Made by a program: the position numbers and the translations under genes. This document shows positions 41,201 through 54,979 of a stretch of 64,000 nucleotides of DNA, piece by piece; position 1 is the stretch's first letter, and the number at the start of each line of letters is the position of its first letter. The DNA lies in the NCBI GenBank assembly GCA_965235115.1, contig OZ249436.1, positions 34,288,001 to 34,352,000 on the forward strand. The letters are read 5' to 3'. A model generated the notes under the pieces. That model saw nothing but the letters and a program-made list of their open reading frames with translations, ran no database searches and was not told where the DNA came from. The stretch is from Laetmonice hystrix. Lineage: Eukaryota.

Positions 41201-44200
41201 CCTAAACAGAATAACGGAGTAGGCCTACTCAAGTATTTCTATTAGAGGCATAGACCACCAGGCGCCCAGACACTGCCGGTATAGAGAAATTGGGCCACGC
41301 CAGATGGTTGTATTTTGAATGTCATGACGAAAAAAATGTACCTGTATTTGCCGTGTTTGTCAAAATGTTTAGGGGGCGAGCCTATGTACTCATTGTAGGG
41401 ACTGCTAAGGCCCGTTTCTTTTTGAGATTGTATTCCTGTAATCCACTGAAACCTACGCGTGTCAGGGCTATGTGTAGATTCTCGAAATCCCAATATATCG
41501 CCAAGGTATATGTATAATAATAATAAGACTGGACTGCCGAGGCGACTTCGGCCTTCTCCACCGCCACCCAGTGTGCTTATGACTGAAGTTGATGATTATG
41601 ATGAGGATGATGATGTTGGTGATGATGAAGGTATTGTATGTCAGTGATGATAGGAGGATGTGCGGGCGTGTGCCGGTCAAGTGTAGCGCCACGCCGCGGC
41701 GTCGGGCGGTACTAAAATGGTTACATGTTGACCGGCTGATCAGACATTCCGCTCTATACATCACAAACACAATTATGTATGTACAGATTGAAAGGGCTAG
41801 CTCTCCCAAACCCAGAGACTGTCTTATTACTTGTTACATACCTCGAGTATGTGAAAACTGTGCCATGAAAATGTGGAGTATATATATTATTATATAAATG
41901 TAAAAGATAGGTAAATAGGGGGTAAAAGAAAGAGGAAGGGAGACAATGACCTATGTCTGTTAGTTATAATGTTCGAGTGAGAAGGGAAGCGAGTGTATTA
42001 TAACATGATAAGGTCTCTCCCGTTCTAGCTGTTGTGCCATGGAGATTGAAAACGAAGGAAGAAATCGCTTGTGCGTCTAAAAATCCTCGATAGATTAATA
42101 CTGCATTCTCATGTAAAGTCCAGCTGGTACTGTCTGACCCCAGGGGACATCTATCCATATATATATATTATGTAAGTAGACAACACTGCATCGCATTGGT
42201 GTGCAAACACCATCGGCTTTTCAAATATAATGTAGACTTAAGTATAAGTTGAACCGAAATAGAAGAGTTTTATTGTGGAGCAGCTAATATATCCAGAGGT
42301 ACCAAAAATGATTGGTGATTTCATTTGTTTTATCCAATTTTTTTATATTATGTAGAAATGAAATAATTGTGAATTGGGTCAACTGGCCACCACGAAACGT
42401 CTAGTCTTGACATTTCTCTGTGTGTGCTACCCCGAAAATATGGGTACAGAAAGCATAGCCCTAAACTTTTCTCATTTCTTTTTTTCTTCTTTTTTTCTTG
42501 ACTCTTTCTCAAAGAAATCCAACTTCTGTCTGCCATGTCAAAATGCATGCTGTCCGGGACTATGACACTTCCAAGATTCATACAGAAATCGCTACTCTGA
42601 AACTTACTGTTTTCAATTCGATGGAAAAAGATGAATTTCAGTTACTTAAACGCAGCATCACTGCAGCGACAATAGAACCCGGGACTATTTAGGTATAACG
42701 ATTACCTTACAGCTTTAATGCCATCAATTGTTGTGAAAATTGGGGTCAAGCTGCTCAAAGCGTGTACAGTATGTATATCGTGCTGAAGCTGGGCGACGAA
42801 ACTGGATGACTGACGTTACGTCATTGACGTTTCTATAATGTTTCCCTTTAAAGTTACCAAACCTAAAACGTTTGGTATCTTTGACTAACACGTAACCCGC
42901 TTGATTCCCCCAACACTTAAACTCGCCCCTTTTAACGACATAGAAGGTTATAATAATAATAATAGTAACAATAATAGAGACATGAAAATGTGTGTACATG
43001 GTCTCGGCACCTGAGGCATACTTATTGTAGTATATAAATAACACATGACCAAACAGTAATTAGAATGGCGCCGGTGAGTGACGCGCTCAGTCAAAGCTTG
43101 CTGAACGACAAGGAGAACCGTACGAGGTGGTTTGCTAGTGTGAAATCAGTGTTCACTTTATATAATTGTATAGGGACTATACGGCGTGTAGCTGGGTGTA
43201 TATGGATGTATGTATGTAGTGTGTCTATATAGGAACGTCCCCGCCCCCTGGTCCAGTGCTGGGTATGTGGTGAGGGTGGTGGCCCGACGGTGGAGTAGTG
43301 CGAATTGGGGATGATAATTGGGGTCTCACGAACCCCAAACCCTCCCCGGTTAGACTCTGGCACAACTATCACGTAAATGGCGGACCAGCACAAGAGATGC
43401 ATTTATGAACTTTTTTGCTGCATCCTGGTTCTTCACTTATTATAGAAAGACGAAAGGATAAACAGGACAGGGATGTAGTAATTACTAATATTATAATAAC
43501 TACTGGAGGAAATATTACAACATAAACATGTGCCAAACTGTGATATTCCCGGGAGAAGAAATACACCAGAAAATCAAAAAAACCTTCTGCTGCAAAACGA
43601 TTTGATTGATCATGATCGCCTGAACTTTAATTATTTAATTAACTTTTTTCAAGGGGAAAAATTACTTCTGTGTTCTTTGTGAGGAACAGAAAGGAAAAAT
43701 TGGAAGGGTATACAGAATTGATCACCAGGCGTTGTTCAAATGTTATATATAGAATTTATTCTCTAAAAGAGAACCTTTATGGACGGAAACTTTGCAGCAG
43801 TATTTATAGACGTATATTTTAGTACCACATACTCCTGTTTCCAATCCAGTCCTTCAGTATATAGTATCGCAAGTTAAAACTCTTCTTACAAAAACAGAGC
43901 ACAGTTCTAATTTAACAGTATTTTAGAATATTTAGAAGAAAATTGCAATAAATTAAAAATTGACAATAGCGACGACTATCAGGATATAGAGTAACGGGTT
44001 TCTGTCGGGAAATGAGTTGTCAAAATTAGTTGTGAAACCTGTGTGCTACTGCAGGTGTATTTAATTGTATGATAATGTACAGGTTTCTTGGTATAGGTTG
44101 CCAATTGGCACCGCTAATATATATCAAAGCGATATATGTCGGTGTCTTCAAAACACTTCAGGCCAAACTCTTCTTTTGTGTGCAAAGATATGAGTGTATA

Positions 44201-44810
44201 GTTAAATGTCCATGTGGACAAAAAGGTATTAAATATAATGTCAGGTTGAAATTGTACAAATTGTTCTCAGACTGAGAAGGTTTCAAGCGACACGTTTGAA
44301 AGGGTAACTTCAAATGTATTGTACACAAAAATGTATACAGTCCTGAGTTGCCAACAAAATGAGAAGTATAAAAACGTGTTTTTTTAAAACAGAAGAAGCA
44401 TATTCAAGGCTGTTGTACTTTGTATTATTAACAAATAAGCATACACTGAGTCTAAAGTATAATACAAGCAACAAAGGAGTGTGCGTATACATTTTGTTCT
44501 CTGTCTTGTCCTAGCTATGTAACATAGAAAAATGTTCCGAATGCGTGCGTGAGTGAGTGTATAGGTGTGAGCGATATTAGAGGATGTGCCCAAGCCCTGT
44601 AAGGGATGGACTCCTGTCAAAAATCGCCATTACACGTGTGGGAAGCATCCATAAATTCCCCGTTGATACAAAGTGTAGGTAGATTTGTACAATTTTTAGC
44701 TTTGGAATGATGATACTGGTATTTGAACTGTTGAGTAAATCTGTGGTCTGTTACGAAGATGCCCGATTTTCTGAAGTTCTCTGTACAATTTATTGTGTGA
44801 CTCTACTCGG

Positions 44811-44864
44811 AATAAAAAGTGGTCAAAATCGAATATAAATATATCTTACTTGGTTTTCTTTTCC
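44811..44864 (+). other. Candidate polyadenylation site (AATAAA plus downstream U-rich element)
   Basis: AATAAA at 44811-44816 followed by tcttacttggttttcttttcc, at the end of a long AT-rich block rich in TGTA motifs. Confidence 0.4.
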
Positions 44865-45454
44865 TTAAGCCTGTAACGCTATCCCTAATATATAATTTAT
44901 CAGCGGTTGACAAAGTCAGCTAGTACATGGAGATAAAGAAACGGAAAGATATATAGAAATCCCCAAACCCTACGAATCCAAAACTCCCACCAGGAATATC
45001 CAGTAGACTATTCAACACGAAAAGCCCAACAAAACCTTGAAGCAGACGACCACACATTTCGCTCCCCCCCCCCTCCCCCACCCAATCCGCATGCATGCAG
45101 TCCGTTCCTGTCGACGTTATTGAATATTTGAAGGCCACACCGAACATCACGGATTACAAGTGGCGAAACACTACTCGCGTTAACGATCGTGGCAAATCTA
45201 TAACAGAGCCAGAAAAACGTTCCGGTAATAAGTTCGATTGTTGTCCGGACAAGCCACGCGTCTGGAGTCGTCAGCCGAATATCGAAGGGACGGCAGCAAG
45301 TACGGCGGGCGTATTGGATTCATCGGGGAAAGAGGTTTGTGTTATTGTCAGTTGGCGGGAACCGTTTCTTGTCATTGTATCGGTCGTCTGCCGAAACTCA
45401 ATGTCTTCAACAAATACACGTCACGGGGGTTGTTGTTGTGTTGTGTATAGTGGA

Positions 45455-45866
45455 GAGGGAAGGAGGGAGGGAGGGAGGGACGGAGGGACGGAGGGACGGA
45501 CGGAGGGAGGGAGGGAGGGAGGAACGGAGGGAGGGACGGAGGGAGGGACGGAGGGAGGGACGGAGGGAGGGACGAAGTGAGGAAGGGACGGAGGGAGGGA
45601 CGGAGACGGAGGGACGGAGGGGGGCGGAGGGACGGAGTGAGGAAGGGACGGAGTGAGGAAGGGACGGAGGGAGGGAGGAACGGAGGGAGGAAGGGAGGGA
45701 CGGAGGGAGGGACGGAGGGACGGAGGGAGGGACGGAGGGAGGAACGTAGGGACGGTGGGAGGGACAGAGGGAGGAAGGGAGGGACGGAGGAAGGGAAGGA
45801 GGGAGGGACGGAGGGAGGGACGCAGGGAGGGACGCAGGGAGGGACGCAGGGACGGAGGGACGGAGA
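45455..45866. repeat. Purine-rich (GGAG/GGAC)n degenerate satellite
   Basis: Repeated ggagggagggac/ggagggacgg; it explains the low-complexity ORFs on both strands. Confidence 0.93.
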
Positions 45867-48800
45867 GTTGTTACGAATTTGCTGTGTCGATGAAGGGGTC
45901 TAACGACGGATGGGAAGTCACATATAGGGGCTTTATTTCCTTTTTGAAGGCACACTTCTTATGAACAAACAATAAAGAAGAGAGTTATGATTGATAAAGA
46001 CGACCTTGTGAAGTATAAGGTCTTACTCTTTAATTCCGAGTCGTTGATATACTTTTTACTTACTGAATAGCTACGAAATTAGATGTAGACATGATGTATA
46101 GACCTACATTGTGCATATTTTGGCTCTTGACATATAGGCATGTGTATGCGAGTTTGTGCTTATGTCTGCTGTTGAACTTATGGCCACCCGTTTTTCTCTG
46201 GACTTTACAATTCATATGCACTCACGGAATCGTTATCTGAAGGGGTTTTTAGAGAACATACTATAATGGTATGTTGGCGAGCAGTGAAGTCAAGCGTGAC
46301 GGCCGTGGTCAGTGCGCCTTGAGGTGTTTAGTTGTAATGGTCGTTTTGTATTGTTGGCTGCCATGTCGACGACCAGCGTTCGGACGGTGCAGATGTACAT
46401 GGACAAGCAGCAGATGACCGCGTTGACCACACATTAGGACCACAATAAAGCAATTATCGACACGGAAGGACTCGTGGTTCGAGGGTGTGGTAAACTAGGG
46501 CTCCGACCTACTATACATACAGACCTCTGATTATTATTTTTTTCAAAGTAAGAATTTATGTGCTCAGGACTAGATTATTAGGCTTATCTCTGCTGATTTA
46601 GCCACATGGGTTTGGATGGCATGGCATAGTGAATTCGTCGACGTTCATTGATTAGATACAATCAGAGCTTCTGAAAACCTTATATTGCATGCAGATGTCT
46701 CCTTTGTGACATTTCGAGTACATCAGGTATAATTTGCTGCTAGTCATAGCAGCCAACCGACCATGTAGAAGCACATTGTCCAGCACTGTTCTCTTTTCAA
46801 TGACAACAGATATAAGTAAATAATTATACTCGCATTCCAAGGGCACTGTGGTATAGATGTATATTTAAAGAAAAATCGATATTTAAAGAAATAATTTAAA
46901 CAATAAATAACTAAATAAATAAATAGATATTTTTAAAAATCCTGGCTGTTGTACATAGATTGATATATTCTGTCGGGACACCCTAATACTCGTTTGTTGT
47001 GGGCTGATGTCACCTGCTAACCCTCCACATCCTGCTGTTTTTTCCCTGATCATTCACATGCGCTGGGATGGTTTAAATAGGGCAGCCTCCAGCACGGGGG
47101 TGGGTAATTAGGAAGGCCAGATAGTCTGAGGATTACAAGGTATTGGTAGTTAGGATACCACAGGTACGTGCTCTACATGGACAAGTCTGACACGACCTCG
47201 TGTAGACCTGTCTGAAGATGACACAACCATGATTTATCAGCCCTTCCCAATCCCCACCAAAACACCCTCACCCGGCACCAAACTCTGAAGTTGGCTTGGA
47301 GCGACGGCTATCTCACGTTCTCTGTATACAAATCAAAGTATACTTCATCATCAGCAATCAAAACAAAATCTGACGTGCAAATAAGAATGCTAGTGGATTG
47401 TTATATTTATAACCGTCTAAAACATATGCTATCGCTATTTACATTAGAAATTGTGTACAAATTACACTGCGTTTATCGTTTAGACCTAGAGAATTAAATC
47501 TATTAAAACAATAATGTAGGCCTATAATACAACTTTATGAAGAAATCATTATAGATTCCATCTTTATCAAAAGTAACGTTCCCAAATCGTAATTACGATT
47601 AAGCATTCATGTATATTAATGTTGTGAAGCGTTCCCAATGGAAGAGGATGGGCCTACAAATTATGTAGAAAAAAGAATAAAACGCGGGTATGAAGCCATC
47701 CGGCTGCTCCTTGCGATGTGAAACAGTAATAAGCAACATCCACTGCATATATAATGTAATCTGCACATATAGTCTCTGACAGAAGCCGAGATGGCCGTCT
47801 TTATATAGACTTGGCTTTCCCTCTTTTTAAACTGACATTCCAGAACACCTGATGTCTACCCGACCTAGTTTAAATCTGTCGAGTCTGGAATAAATGAACA
47901 CTGGAAATCGATATCCCAGGCAACGTTTCGTGGCAAGCCAGCCAACCGTGGAGGTTTTTTTTTAACTGTCGCAGTATCATTATTTGTTAATAAGGTACTC
48001 ATAGAGTGAGCTAGCATTTGAACGGCTTGCTTAACGACCTAAAACTAGGGCACTCGCTAAACGAGAGCAAAGTGTCCGTTAAAGATATGGTGTGCGAGTT
48101 CATAGTACGGGTGCATTTAACAGGCAAACATAATCGGCGTTTGGATGCTGTCATTTAGTCCAACCATGCTTCCATGAACGCGAACAGTGTTTGTCTTTGT
48201 TTTGCCGTTCATTGGTGTGAAGAAGTGCATTTTGTGTTTGGTTAGAGGGATATAACCGTAGCAGTATATTATACAGCTGGGAGGACACAGGCATATCGAG
48301 TGTAACCCCTTTTCCTCCTTGACCCGACAATAACATTGTTGCCACACACACACACACACCTATCTGTCTGTCCGCCCAGTTACAGCAATGCCTTGCCGTG
48401 ATATTACTAAGACACATGCATGGCTGAACCTTCGCCGTTCTCCTTGGAGCACTCATGCCACATTAGGCGAGAGACCTTAACAAATCTATTCACTGAATAC
48501 GAGCCCTCTCAACAGCATGTACATACGATTGCCTGCATAGCCTGAAGCAAGTGTTTTTTTCTAGCGCTGATCCTCGACTCTATAGTAAAAGCTACATACA
48601 TGGTAAGGGAGAGAAACATAAAAAAGAAGCCTGTAGTGGTTTTTTCTTTATGCAAATGCCAGCCCGGTTCCCCACCGAAAGCCTGACTAAAAACAAGCGT
48701 TTGATAGTGTGAAGTCATCAAGGTCCTAGACTACTGCTAAAATATGTCGGTCGAAAGCAAACGTCGATGGGTCGAATATTACCCGTCGTAACACCCCTAT

Positions 48801-51364
48801 AAAACAACAACAGCCACCGCACACCCGCAATGCGTGTTGTGTAATAAATTCTCATTCATATCTCCGTATGCTGGCGGCCTGCCAACAGACGGGCACGTTC
48901 GGCGCTGCAAATAGCGTCATTGATCTCGCTGTTTCTCTGGTTGCGATAATCGCATTGTGGCGGTCGCTCTCACCGAAGATGGAGGGCGATTGCAACGATG
49001 TACACACAATCACGTGCATAGGCCTACTACATGCAGTACATATACACAGACGCACGTGTGTAGGGGTGTGTGTGTGGGGGGGGGGGGGATGCACGTTCGC
49101 ACTGATTCCCATAAAGAAACAAAACGTCATATTTCTGTTTGACGTGCGCCATAAAGACCCATGGGCCTGTAGGTGCATGGCGGAGTATCAGTGCACGCTC
49201 AACATGATAGCCTACAATATTTAGATCTCAAGGACGTGCACCATCCTAAAAAATCGATATATATCATCGCTGGAGTTTGTGGGTTACAACGCGTGAATAT
49301 CAAACGTCTGTGGTTCGTGTGGTTAAAAGCAGGCTCTGTTGCGGTGAGACGAGATCAAGAGGGTTGACATGAACGGGTCCATTTCAAGAGAACCTCCCCT
49401 GAGATTTTCATCCTTTTTGAGGGGAGTTTTAAAAAATGCCTTGGATTGTGGGGGCGTGTGGTCTATGACGGCGCGTGCTGTTTAAGGTGTGTGAACGTGT
49501 CGGGATAGGGTGAGAAGGATGGGTGTGTGTGTTGGGGGTGGGGTGGGGGGGGGGGTGGAAGAGACGTTACCCTTACGGTGGGGAGCGGCGGGCAGGCAGA
49601 GAGAGAGAGAGAGAGAGAGAGGGCACGGCCCGAGGCTGGGGCAGGAGGGCACGGGGACACTCCCAGGGTAGCATGTTCCCCGACAAACCTCGACCAGGCC
49701 CCCTCGACGCCCATTGGACAATTATAACCCCGGGGGTCCGCTGTGGTCCGAGGGTCCGAATGTCCCGAGTGTCCGGATAAAAGCTGCAGGGTCAGTACAA
49801 CAACGGTCAATTACGGCATAACGGGAAATAGATAGTTGGACATTGTCCTCTGCTTGAAAACCTCCACCACCGCTTCTTTATAGTATAGAAGCCGCCACAG
49901 AATAGGTCACAAGAAATGCACTCATTATTGTATGGGCGTTAGCTATAAAACAGTATATACCGCCGTGACAGGGCCTTTGTCGGCATATAATCATCATGTC
50001 AAATAATAACAGTTGGCATTATTAATAATCATCATCATCACAGTCATCGCCACCGTCATCACAGTCATCATACCAGACAGAAGGGGCCACATCCAAAGAG
50101 AGATGAGCAGAAAACTGGAAGAAAAATAGAAACGAAGTCACGATTGGTTCATATTGCATATAGACTCAATTCCCCCTCCCCCTTTTTATCCATGTAATGG
50201 CCCTGCGTCTACATTATATTTTTTCGAAATGATTATATTTTAAATGACTATATTCAATGAAATATTTTTAATTGTACGATGGAGAATGCTCATAAAAATC
50301 TAGACATAAATCTAGTTTCGTTTAAAAAAAGTATGCTTGTCTTATTTAGGGCATACACTATACGTTTAACCCTTTCAACTCAGGAAAGTCTGCCTCTTTC
50401 GTTTTTCACTTGACGTAAGAGTTATCTTGAAGAGCGAATTGTAATAATGCATGATGTCTACATTATGCAGGTGCACATGGCAAATCCTATAATCATTCAT
50501 ACGGATAAGACACAATATAATGATGCAAAAGAACATTTAAAGTATACAAGGTATGCATGCATCAACCCTCTTAAAATAGTCATCATTCACTGAATTGGGA
50601 AGAACGGCAGTTTATTGCTATAGAACCGACAACTTCAAAAAGTTTCATTGGAGAAACGGAGGTCTGAGGTCTCCCCCCCTGTAAGTATAATGATAGCCGA
50701 TACAGTCTTTTCTTTGTTACAGTCACGTAAATAATGCCTGGACACATGGGTAATCAGGATGTCGGTTGCGTAATCTGCTTTTGAAACTACAGTTGACCGA
50801 CATCAACCTCATAAAACTCGGCACAAGGGACAGTATAGAGTGGCATATAGGGCCTACATTGTTTCTAATTCCCCTACATTCTTGTTATTTCATATAAGAT
50901 TTCAGCTTGTTGGCAGTTACTCTGGTATTTTACAGATTTCCTCTAAACTGTCTCAACTGTTTTTAAAAATTATTAATGTTTAGAGGTAGAAAAATATTAT
51001 GCGACATGATGTTCGGAAATTTACTATGCATTCATTCCAGGTAGGTCGAGGCTTCGCATGTTTCCTGTCATCTGTCTCGTACGAGTTACCATCAATCAGT
51101 CTATGGATTGAATAAATCATTCAATAAATGGCCAGAGATGTTCGAGTGTTTACTTCTTCTTGGGCTGATTTTACGATGTTTCTTTGTATTATGTGATGTA
51201 AGGATACAAATTAAACTCGTCTCTTTTCTTCCCCGATTTTCCGCTCATATCATATTCAGAATTAGGATCCCACCCGCGAGAGTTTCTATTATTTGTAATG
51301 TACGTAGTTGAGAATTGGAGAAGGGGGCCTTACGGATACACTGCATGGGCAGGACTCTCTCATC

Positions 51365-51862
51365 TTATTACGACATTACGACTTATAGAATGTCGTTATT
51401 ACGACTTAGCTATGTCGCTATTACGACATAGCTATGTCGTTATTACGACTTAGTATGTCGTTATTACGACATAGCTATTTCGTTATTACGACTTAGTATG
51501 TCGGTATTACGACATAGCTATGTCGTTATTACGAATTAGTATGTTGTTATTACGGCTTAATATGTCGTTATTACGACATAGCTATACCGTTATATTACGA
51601 CTTAGTATGTCGTTATTACGACTTAGCTATGTCGTTATTACGACTTAGCTATGTCGTTATTACGACATAGGTATGTCGTTATTACGACTTAGTAAGTCGC
51701 TATTACGACATAGCTATGTCGTTATTACGACTTAGTATGTCGTTATTACGGCTTAGTATGTCGTTATTACGACTTAGTATGTCGTTGTTACGACATAGCT
51801 ATGTGGTTATTACAACTTAGTATGTCGTTATTACGACATAGTTATGTCGTTATTACGACTTA
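51365..51862. repeat. Palindromic minisatellite, about 23 units of 21-22 bp (ATGTCGTTATTACGAC-TTAGT/-ATAGCT)
   Basis: Repeated core GTCGT-TATT-ACGAC with short linkers ttagtat / atagctat / ttagctat. Confidence 0.93.
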
Positions 51863-54842
51863 AGCGTACCTCCCAAATTAGGTCACCTAGACAACAGAAC
51901 GCCTATGACAAAAATACCCCTTCTTCTCCATAATACGCACCCCCCCCCCCACCCCAAGAAAACCCTGGCTACGGGCCTGTACATTATAACGAGTGCCCTC
52001 GGTGGCTTGAGTTTTAAACTACACTAATCCCGTGTTTTAACTTCCCCAACCATAGGCTCAATGGACGCATGCAGCGCACCCACACTTACAAAACGGAGAC
52101 ATTGAATTTTTGTCACACATGCACAGATGGGGTTATAGGATTATACCGACACATCAGTTTGGGTACACCGATACTGTTAGGCCTACATGTAAAGTACATG
52201 CATGTACACGTGTTATATTCCTACATACACGCCAGCCGTAATATTATAAGCATGCATGTAGAAATAGCTCATTCATGCACGCGAGTGCATGAATAATAAA
52301 AAAAAGATACATTAAGAACACGCCTTCTATAGTTCCCCCCGTCGAGACCGCCAGGGGCCTATCATCTTCTATCAGGTCGGCTCGGCTAGTAATCAGGTTC
52401 AACATGGGTCAGGGAATATTAATGTAAGTACAGGGCACTGACGGCAAAGTTATAAATGGATGCCCCACTGACTCGCCCACCCTACCTCCTCCCAACGCAC
52501 CCTCCTTTTTCGTTTTTGTCCTCGAGAAAACAGGTCAGAACGGTCCCTCGCTGGAATATCTTTGTTTATATTGTGTCGCAGATTTCACCCTTGACACTAG
52601 TTGTCTGAGTTAGAAAGATGGGTGCCGCAACTTGCAAGTCGGGCTATAACCTGTCGCTGACATCGCCCATGGAAGACTTTTGTGTGTACTCAGGGTAGCG
52701 AGACTGCTAACTCGCAGGTGAACTTTGAGGTGACAAATAAAGGGTGAGCTTAAAGTTAGGTAGCATATATAGATCGCGGGGTTCTGAACTTGTAATCTTT
52801 CAGGTAAAAGGAGCCCAAGCTATAAGTTTGGCCGTTGTTCTGCCGGCTACCATGCATGTGCATGCAGTGTGAGTCCGGTCTCAAGTCGCAACGAACGTGT
52901 AGGAATTTATTCATGTCTTCTCATCGCGTTTAACAGACAGATGGAATATCTTCGCCCGCAGGTTGTAAACAGAGCGATTTTTTTTCTTTCTCTCTCTAAC
53001 ATGCTTTAGCGGCATCGTTTGTTAGATTCACACGCTGTGAAACAGGCTGTGCCGGACGGGTTGGCTGCTGAGGACTGGTCCTTAGCTATGCCACCCCGAC
53101 TACATACTACTCAATGCCAGTCTTTGTGATTATCAAGAAAGTGACGACCCAGGAAGAAAAAAAATGACAAAAGTTAGAGAGGATGGGTGATGGAGAGACC
53201 GGAAAGAGCAAGCGTGGGACAGAGTCCAAGGAGCCTGGTGGTGTGGTTGGGAGGACGCTCAGCCGACGGACAACGTCTCGTGGAAACCACTCGAGGGGGA
53301 CACTGGTCAAGATGACCCGTGCGTGAAGGAATGTTTCACAGGTTAGTGGCGAAAAAGCATGCATCCTTCAGGTTGGGAGACTAGTGCGGGGCAGCTCCGG
53401 CAAGCCACGTCATGCATGTTAAGTGTGCATTCACGGCACCTAAGACGCCATATACTACTAGTATAGGCTTCCCCGTATCATATGCATTTTTGGTACTTTC
53501 CGTGCACCTGCTTAGCAGGACTGTTGTCATGGTGTTCAAGGACCTTGCACAATGGTGGTTAAACGTGCCATACCTTGCCCCAGGCCGTATGTTGCCAAGC
53601 AGCATCTGTATACACCGAATCAGAGCAGATGATACTTTTTATGGACCGTATGTACCGAATAGTATTTTTCAGAGGAATCTGGAAAGAATCCAAGAGACGG
53701 TAATTATTGTTTCACTGCCACAGCCTTGCTAATTGTTGCCCTAAACCATACAGGGCCAGTGTATCTTTCTCATCACGCGAACGTGGACAATGAAAAACAC
53801 AAAGATAAAGATGCATTTATGCATTAGAAACATATACATGTATACATGAAGATACATCTATATATTGGAACATATAGGTCTATATGCCTAGAATCATAAA
53901 TCGTAAAAGTGCACTGATATCGCTAACAAGACATCTTTAATGAGTACTATGAAGGGCAAGTATAGAATTATTGCCTCGTAACACAGAGTCATATCTATAT
54001 CAGGAATCGCTCAGGCCATTGGCGACAGAAAGGTCGAGGTTAGCTGTTATAAACTTATAACGATGAAGTATTCCGGGCGGACCAAGGTCGGAAAAAAACT
54101 AAAGGGCTTCCTTACAAAATGTACCCAGCTCTTGCCTGCCAAGACATATGCCATGCCCACTCTCTGATGTAAACAATACCAAACTTATTGTAAAACACCA
54201 GGATGCAATCCCTCAGTTGCCGATAGTGTAGGCATCACATGCAACCCAGAGTAAACTCTGACCTTTCTGACAGTTTGAAGCGTGGTAATCACGGCGTAAT
54301 TTTTGATAACGTATTGTTGTTTAGCGCCGCGTTTGACCTTGCGTCTCATGACTTTTTTTTTTTTGCTCATTTGACTAACGGAAACGTTCCGTCGCCTGCG
54401 AAGCGACCCCGATTAGGGAGAGAAGTAGACAAAACCTTGATAAGCTTCCAAGATTCAGTAAGCACGGTCATATTTTAGAGGGGTGGGATGTCTAATGTTA
54501 TACCATTCTCCGCCGCGTATTATGGCAGTTTGCCAGTCTACATGACCAATCGATGTTATAGAGGACTCATTACACTCGATTACATATGGGCCGTACAGGG
54601 TTTCAAGTGCATGTCTCACTGAAATTTTATACAGGTTTATTGCTGACAATAACGTGTATAGACATGGAGAGTGCGAGCGCCCAGTATAGAAATGCTATTA
54701 TAGAATCTACATAAATCAGGAGGGGGGGGGGGGGGTAGGTCTGCACGTAGGCATTAAGGAATTAAAAACCTAGACATTTGAGGTGCCTTTTTTTATGTAT
54801 AGTACAAATGTATATAGGCCTAGACAAACATGTTTGCGTACT

Positions 54843-54979
54843 CGGGGGCGGATCCAGGAATTTGGAAAGGGGGTCCAACACGGTTAATTCAGAAAGCTCT
54901 TAGGAAAACGAAAAAAAAAAACTGACACCAAAGGAGGGGGGCCCTGACCCCTTGACCACACCCTCCCGATCCGCTACTG
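54843..54979. mobile_element. Short non-autonomous DNA transposon (MITE-like), 137 bp
   Basis: Imperfect terminal inverted repeats CGGGGGCGGATC ... GATCCGCTACTG, flanked by the 5-bp direct repeat GTACT (54838-54842 and 54980-54984). Confidence 0.65.

Noticed and set aside
45095..45964. GGTE/PSLR-repeat ORFs
   Set aside because: They are translations of the GGAG/GGAC satellite.
51365..51862. CRISPR-like array
   Set aside because: The palindromic repeats are separated only by near-invariant 7-8-nt linkers. There are no unique spacers and no cas genes, and the context is eukaryotic.
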